Below are positions 36,981-40,963 of a DNA stretch of 40,963 bases, piece by piece; the first letter of the stretch is position 1; each line of letters starts with the position of its first letter. Source of the stretch: Promethearchaeota archaeon (GTDB lineage: Archaea; Asgardarchaeota; Lokiarchaeia; Sigyniarchaeales; SOKP01); contig JABXKD010000029.1 in NCBI GenBank assembly GCA_013375475.1, positions 1-40,963 on the forward strand, written 5' to 3'. A program made the position numbers and the translations under genes. The notes under the pieces were generated by a model. That model was not told the DNA's origin and did no database searches. It saw nothing but the letters and a program-made list of their open reading frames with translations.

Positions 36981-39038
36981 GTGATCAATTTAACGAGTAA
37001 TCCAAAAGGTAAATGGGTTGTAACATCTGCATGGCCTTATGTAAATGCTACACCACATTTGGGCAATTTAATTGGAAGTACTCTATCAGCGGATGTGTTT
37101 GCAAGATTTTTGAGAATGAAGGGTGAAGATGTGGTTTTTGTTTCAGGATCAGATTCTCATGGAACGCCCATTTCTGTGGAAGCAAAAAGATCTAAAGTTC
37201 CGGCCAAAGAATTAGCTTTGAAATATCATAATATTATTAAAGACTTACACGAGAAATGGCAGATCTCTTTTGATAATTATACAATAACTCATAATCCTAC
37301 TCATATTGAATATGTAAAAAAGATGTATTTGGATATTCAAAAAAATGGATATGTAAAAGAAAAAGAAATTGAATCTCTCTATTGTGAAAATGATAACTTG
37401 TTCTTGCCTGATAGATTTGTAGAAGGTACTTGTCCTAACTGCAAAGATGATGGCGCCAGAGGAGATCAGTGTGATAAGTGCCAAAAAATCCTCACACCAT
37501 TAGAATTAATAAATCCAAGATGTGCAATATGTGGAAACACGCCTGTAAATAAGAAAACAAAACACTGGTACTTGAATTTACCTAAATTACAAGACCGATT
37601 GAAAAAATTGATTGATGAAAATGAAATAATCCCCCCTAATGCACGAAAAATGTGTTTAAATAGTATTGAAGAGGGACTACCAGAACGAGCAATTACACGA
37701 GATCTTGAATGGGGGATCCCTGCACCTTTCAAAGGCGCTGAACAAAAGACGATTTATGTATGGTTTGAAGCTGTATTGGGATATATTACCGCAGTGAAAG
37801 AATGGGCAGATAAAATTATCAAGGAACCCGATAGATTTGATTCCTTTTGGAAAGATCCTAATACGAAAACAGTCTATTTTATAGGGAAGGATAACATTAT
37901 ATTTCACTTAATAGTTTTTCCCGGTTTGTTGATTGCATATAATGAAGACAAAGTAGATAGTGAAAAACTTGTGTTGCCATATAATGTCTCCTCAACAGAA
38001 TGGTTGCTTTATGAGAATGAGAAACTTTCTAAATCTAGAGGAATTGGGATATGGATTGATGAGGCACTAGAATTAGCTCCCCTTGATTACTGGAGATTTA
38101 ATTTGTTATTTAATCGCCCAGAAACAAGTGACACATCGTTTTTATGGTCTGAATTTGAGAATAATATAAAAACTCTTAATGATAATATTGGTAATTTCAT
38201 CCATCGTACGTTAACTTTTATTGAAAAGCAATTTAATAATACTATTCCCCCGAAAATAGAATCTGTTGAATCTGATATAAAATTTATAGAGAAAATAAAT
38301 ACAATAAGCCTAATGGTGGGAGAGAGTTTACAAAACTTTAAAATAAGAAAAGCTATAAGAGATATCGTCAATTTTGGAAAAGAGGGGAATATATTTTTAA
38401 ATGAAAGAGCCCCTTGGCATTTGATCAAAGAAAATAAAGAAGCTGCCGGACATGTATTTAATATTTGTGCTCAAGCAGTGTATGCATTAGCGATTCTATT
38501 AGGTCCATTTATACCAGATACTTCGGAAAAGATATTATCATATTTAAATGCTCCAAAATTAAGTGAATTGTCATGGGATAGTATCAATGATGACTCGATA
38601 AAAGCAGGACAAAAAATCAAGAAACCCCAACCTCTTTTTCAAAAATTAGAGATTGGAGAAGTTAAAGAAGAATATAAAAAGTTAAAAGAAGGAAAACCCA
38701 AAAAAGGTGGTAAAGAATTGGTTTCATACGAAGAATTTAAGAAGCTCGATATACGAATAGCACTCATTGAGAGTGTAGAAAAGGTTCCTAAAGCAGACAA
38801 ATTGTATAAATTATCTATTGCTTTAGGAGACGAAAAGAGGACATTAGTTGCGGGTTTAGCTGAACAATATAAAGCAGACGAACTAAAAGGTAAAAAAATC
38901 GCAATACTTGCAAACTTGGAACCGAGAAAACTTAAAGGGATTCTAAGCGAAGGTATGCTTCTTGCTGCTGTTGATGGGAAAATCGTATCTGTTTTAACAC
39001 CTGATAAAGAAATCCCCTCAGGCGCAAAAGTAGAATAA
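36981..39038 (+). CDS. metG: Methionyl-tRNA synthetase with C-terminal tRNA-binding OB domain
   Basis: TSAWPYVN..PHLGN, GSDSHGTPI, zinc knuckles, ITRDLEWGIP, YVWFEA, IGKDNI.FH, KLSKS, FKKLDIR...NLEPRKLKG..SEGMLL. Confidence 0.98.
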   Translation: MINLTSNPKGKWVVTSAWPYVNATPHLGNLIGSTLSADVFARFLRMKGEDVVFVSGSDSHGTPISVEAKRSKVPAKELALKYHNIIKDLHEKWQISFDNYTITHNPTHIEYVKKMYLDIQKNGYVKEKEIESLYCENDNLFLPDRFVEGTCPNCKDDGARGDQCDKCQKILTPLELINPRCAICGNTPVNKKTKHWYLNLPKLQDRLKKLIDENEIIPPNARKMCLNSIEEGLPERAITRDLEWGIPAPFKGAEQKTIYVWFEAVLGYITAVKEWADKIIKEPDRFDSFWKDPNTKTVYFIGKDNIIFHLIVFPGLLIAYNEDKVDSEKLVLPYNVSSTEWLLYENEKLSKSRGIGIWIDEALELAPLDYWRFNLLFNRPETSDTSFLWSEFENNIKTLNDNIGNFIHRTLTFIEKQFNNTIPPKIESVESDIKFIEKINTISLMVGESLQNFKIRKAIRDIVNFGKEGNIFLNERAPWHLIKENKEAAGHVFNICAQAVYALAILLGPFIPDTSEKILSYLNAPKLSELSWDSINDDSIKAGQKIKKPQPLFQKLEIGEVKEEYKKLKEGKPKKGGKELVSYEEFKKLDIRIALIESVEKVPKADKLYKLSIALGDEKRTLVAGLAEQYKADELKGKKIAILANLEPRKLKGILSEGMLLAAVDGKIVSVLTPDKEIPSGAKVE

Positions 39039-39039
39039 T

Positions 39040-40284
39040 TTATAACTTCAAAGAAAATATTGGATTTAATCGAGCAATTATTTCGCCAAGCTCCAATTGG
39101 AGAGTTTTAAGTATCACATCTCTTCCTCTATACTCGAATTGTAATTCCTTTACATTGCGGATGATCTTTAATTTATTTCTAGCTTTTATTAATTCACAAG
39201 CAAAATATCTCTGGTCTTTATATTCTAATACTTTTTGTACTCGGCTTATGTCAGGTAACAAGTATCCCCCTCCGTGGGGCAACAAATTAGCGTTTGTTAA
39301 AAGGTCTTTCAATTCAAAATTTACTGCTCTTTCTAAGAAATCGTTATTTTTTAAGGTCGTTTCAGAAAAACTCTTTCGTCCTCTAAAAAGATAAGCTGCC
39401 AAGTCTGCTCGTAATGCGGTTGGGAAGATATCATTTGAGATAAAATCGCTTTGTACATCTGTACAGTTGCTTCCTAGGTACATATTATTGTAATCTTTTA
39501 AAAATTGATGGGGTGTATTACAAATTACCTTATAATCAGAACTGAACAGATTCATAGCAATTATCTCTCTTTTTAAATTTGAAAAGTTTATTGCCTTTTT
39601 GTTAAATTCAAAATATTCTTTAGCATCTGAGTCAAGTAGTATAAATTGATTTCCAAGTTCAGTAGGTTCCTTAATTGCATGATCAATTAAAGATTTTGAG
39701 CTGTCAATGTATAAGCCTATACCATAGCGATCATCGCGAAATTCTGGAGCAGAACCATGTATCATAAAAATATATGGAGGGAAATTTAGATCTGAGAGAT
39801 TTTTTGTTTCATAACAGTTAATGAAATGATTGGATATCCCATAATCCCAATTTATAAGAACTTCTCCACTGTATAATTCCATACTCTTTACATTGTCTAT
39901 TTCTTTTATGATCTCGTAAGCGTCTGGTAATTCTTCTAATCCTCCTACTAATATTCCGCAACAATTTGGTTTAATGTTCAAAAAAACAATTTTATCGCTC
40001 CCAGAACCCCAATTTAATCTCCCACCATAACCAAGTCCGGAATTCCATCTAAAATTATTCCTTGAAATCGTTTCATCTGGAGAAGATATAAAGGTAGCTT
40101 TAGGTTCAAATCCATATTTCTCTTGAATGAGGTGAAATTGAGCTAAACCATATTTCATATTCGCTTTACATAATTTCGAAGCACCATCATTCAAACCAGT
40201 AGAAAAAATGTAATCGTTTGCTCTTTGAAGTAGCTCTATTTTAGACAATTCAGAAATTTTATTGGATAACCTAATTGAACCCAT
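39040..40284 (-). CDS. Divergent RtcB-like protein (putative GTP/Mn-dependent RNA ligase fold)
   Basis: Ordered motifs SPD, PNCCG, GISNHFI, IHGS, PHQ, PHGGG correspond to RtcB PD, DxxCG, GNHF, HxGS, HN, HGAG. Confidence 0.65.
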   Translation of the reverse strand: MGSIRLSNKISELSKIELLQRANDYIFSTGLNDGASKLCKANMKYGLAQFHLIQEKYGFEPKATFISSPDETISRNNFRWNSGLGYGGRLNWGSGSDKIVFLNIKPNCCGILVGGLEELPDAYEIIKEIDNVKSMELYSGEVLINWDYGISNHFINCYETKNLSDLNFPPYIFMIHGSAPEFRDDRYGIGLYIDSSKSLIDHAIKEPTELGNQFILLDSDAKEYFEFNKKAINFSNLKREIIAMNLFSSDYKVICNTPHQFLKDYNNMYLGSNCTDVQSDFISNDIFPTALRADLAAYLFRGRKSFSETTLKNNDFLERAVNFELKDLLTNANLLPHGGGYLLPDISRVQKVLEYKDQRYFACELIKARNKLKIIRNVKELQFEYRGRDVILKTLQLELGEIIARLNPIFSLKL

Positions 40285-40372
40285 TCTACTTAATAATTAG
40301 ATACTATTATATTTATATATACGATAGTATGAATAGTTGTTAGGGAAAATTGATCTTGATTAAATAATAATT

Positions 40373-40963
40373 ATGAGCGACTCAGATAACAGAATACTAT
40401 TCGATTCATTAAAAGGGATACTATTGGAAGGTGTATTTGAAGGTTCAATAATTACACGGTGTAGAGATGACAACGACTCTATTATTTTCTCGGATAATCT
40501 AAAAATTTCAAGCTCAGAAGGTATTTTTATAACCGAAGGTTTTAGAGTAGGCTTCGAATTAAATTACAATAAAAAAATTGCCTTCTCTCGCAAGATTGAA
40601 GCTCAGTGGTACGAAGATTTTGAATCAATTGAATATTCAATATTAATTTCAGAAGATATAATGCAAATTTATGACGAAGGTCAGTTTTCAGACGCTTTTC
40701 CTTATACATTAAACAAACTCAATACGGCAGCTCTTTTTTTGGAAGATTATCAATATGGAATCAACCATTTAGATTTCTTTAAAGGAGAAATGCTTAGGAA
40801 TCCGGTAGCTGTTGTTGGAGACGGAGTTATCGTTGCAGATAGAGTGGTCATAGATGAAAGAATTGATCCTGTTTTTTATGATTGCTTAATTATTGGACGA
40901 GATGAAAAAGAAGATCTTTCGGTATCTTTTGAGCCCTATATGAACGTCAAGAAGTCGATAACC
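40373..40963 (+). CDS. Acidic hypothetical protein, 5' part (runs off the window end)
   Basis: Open frame of 197 codons from ATG 40373 (MSDSDNRILFDSLKGILLEGVFEGSII...) with no stop; divergent from the RtcB-like gene; absent from the track. Confidence 0.8.
   Translation, partial: MSDSDNRILFDSLKGILLEGVFEGSIITRCRDDNDSIIFSDNLKISSSEGIFITEGFRVGFELNYNKKIAFSRKIEAQWYEDFESIEYSILISEDIMQIYDEGQFSDAFPYTLNKLNTAALFLEDYQYGINHLDFFKGEMLRNPVAVVGDGVIVADRVVIDERIDPVFYDCLIIGRDEKEDLSVSFEPYMNVKKSIT

Noticed and set aside
7169-39394. Remaining short overlapping track ORFs (e.g. 7169-7372, 13577-13834, 16424-16874, 17240-17527, 29925-30215, 34224-34763, 37245-38428, 39155-39394)
   Set aside because: All lie antisense within well-supported genes and lack recognisable features.
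1-40963. Selenocysteine/pyrrolysine recoding, tRNA or rRNA genes
   Set aside because: Redox/Fe-S proteins here have ordinary Cys at catalytic positions, I found no gene broken by an in-frame TGA/TAG with continuing homology, and there are no GC-rich structured islands. A covariance-model search was not possible.

Overview
AT-rich (roughly 30% GC by eye), gene-dense archaeal chromosomal segment, most likely from an Asgard archaeon of the Lokiarchaeia. This rests on a Loki-CTERM-type surface protein, two Roadblock/LC7 proteins, a longin-like protein, an LRR protein, GGTGA-type ribosome-binding sites and TATA/oligo-T signals. From left to right it contains: (1) a metal/Fe-S cluster (Mrp/Nbp35, two NifB/NifX-family proteins, DUF5320, DtxR-like regulator, IscU, radical SAM, TrmO-like), several of whose promoters share a palindrome, (A/G)TGAAT-N4-ATTCA(T/C); (2) an atypical glycyl radical enzyme with a polyferredoxin but no adjacent activase, and an orphan NrdG-type activase 8.6 kb away; (3) acyl-CoA metabolism genes; (4) two large surface proteins and a divergent Roadblock pair; (5) an M20 hydrolase, a vWA + double RING-like protein resembling TFIIH p44/Ssl1, metG and a highly divergent RtcB-like protein. 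I saw no rRNA, tRNA, CRISPR array or transposase. All family assignments come from motif recognition and recalled reference sequences; no database searches were run.
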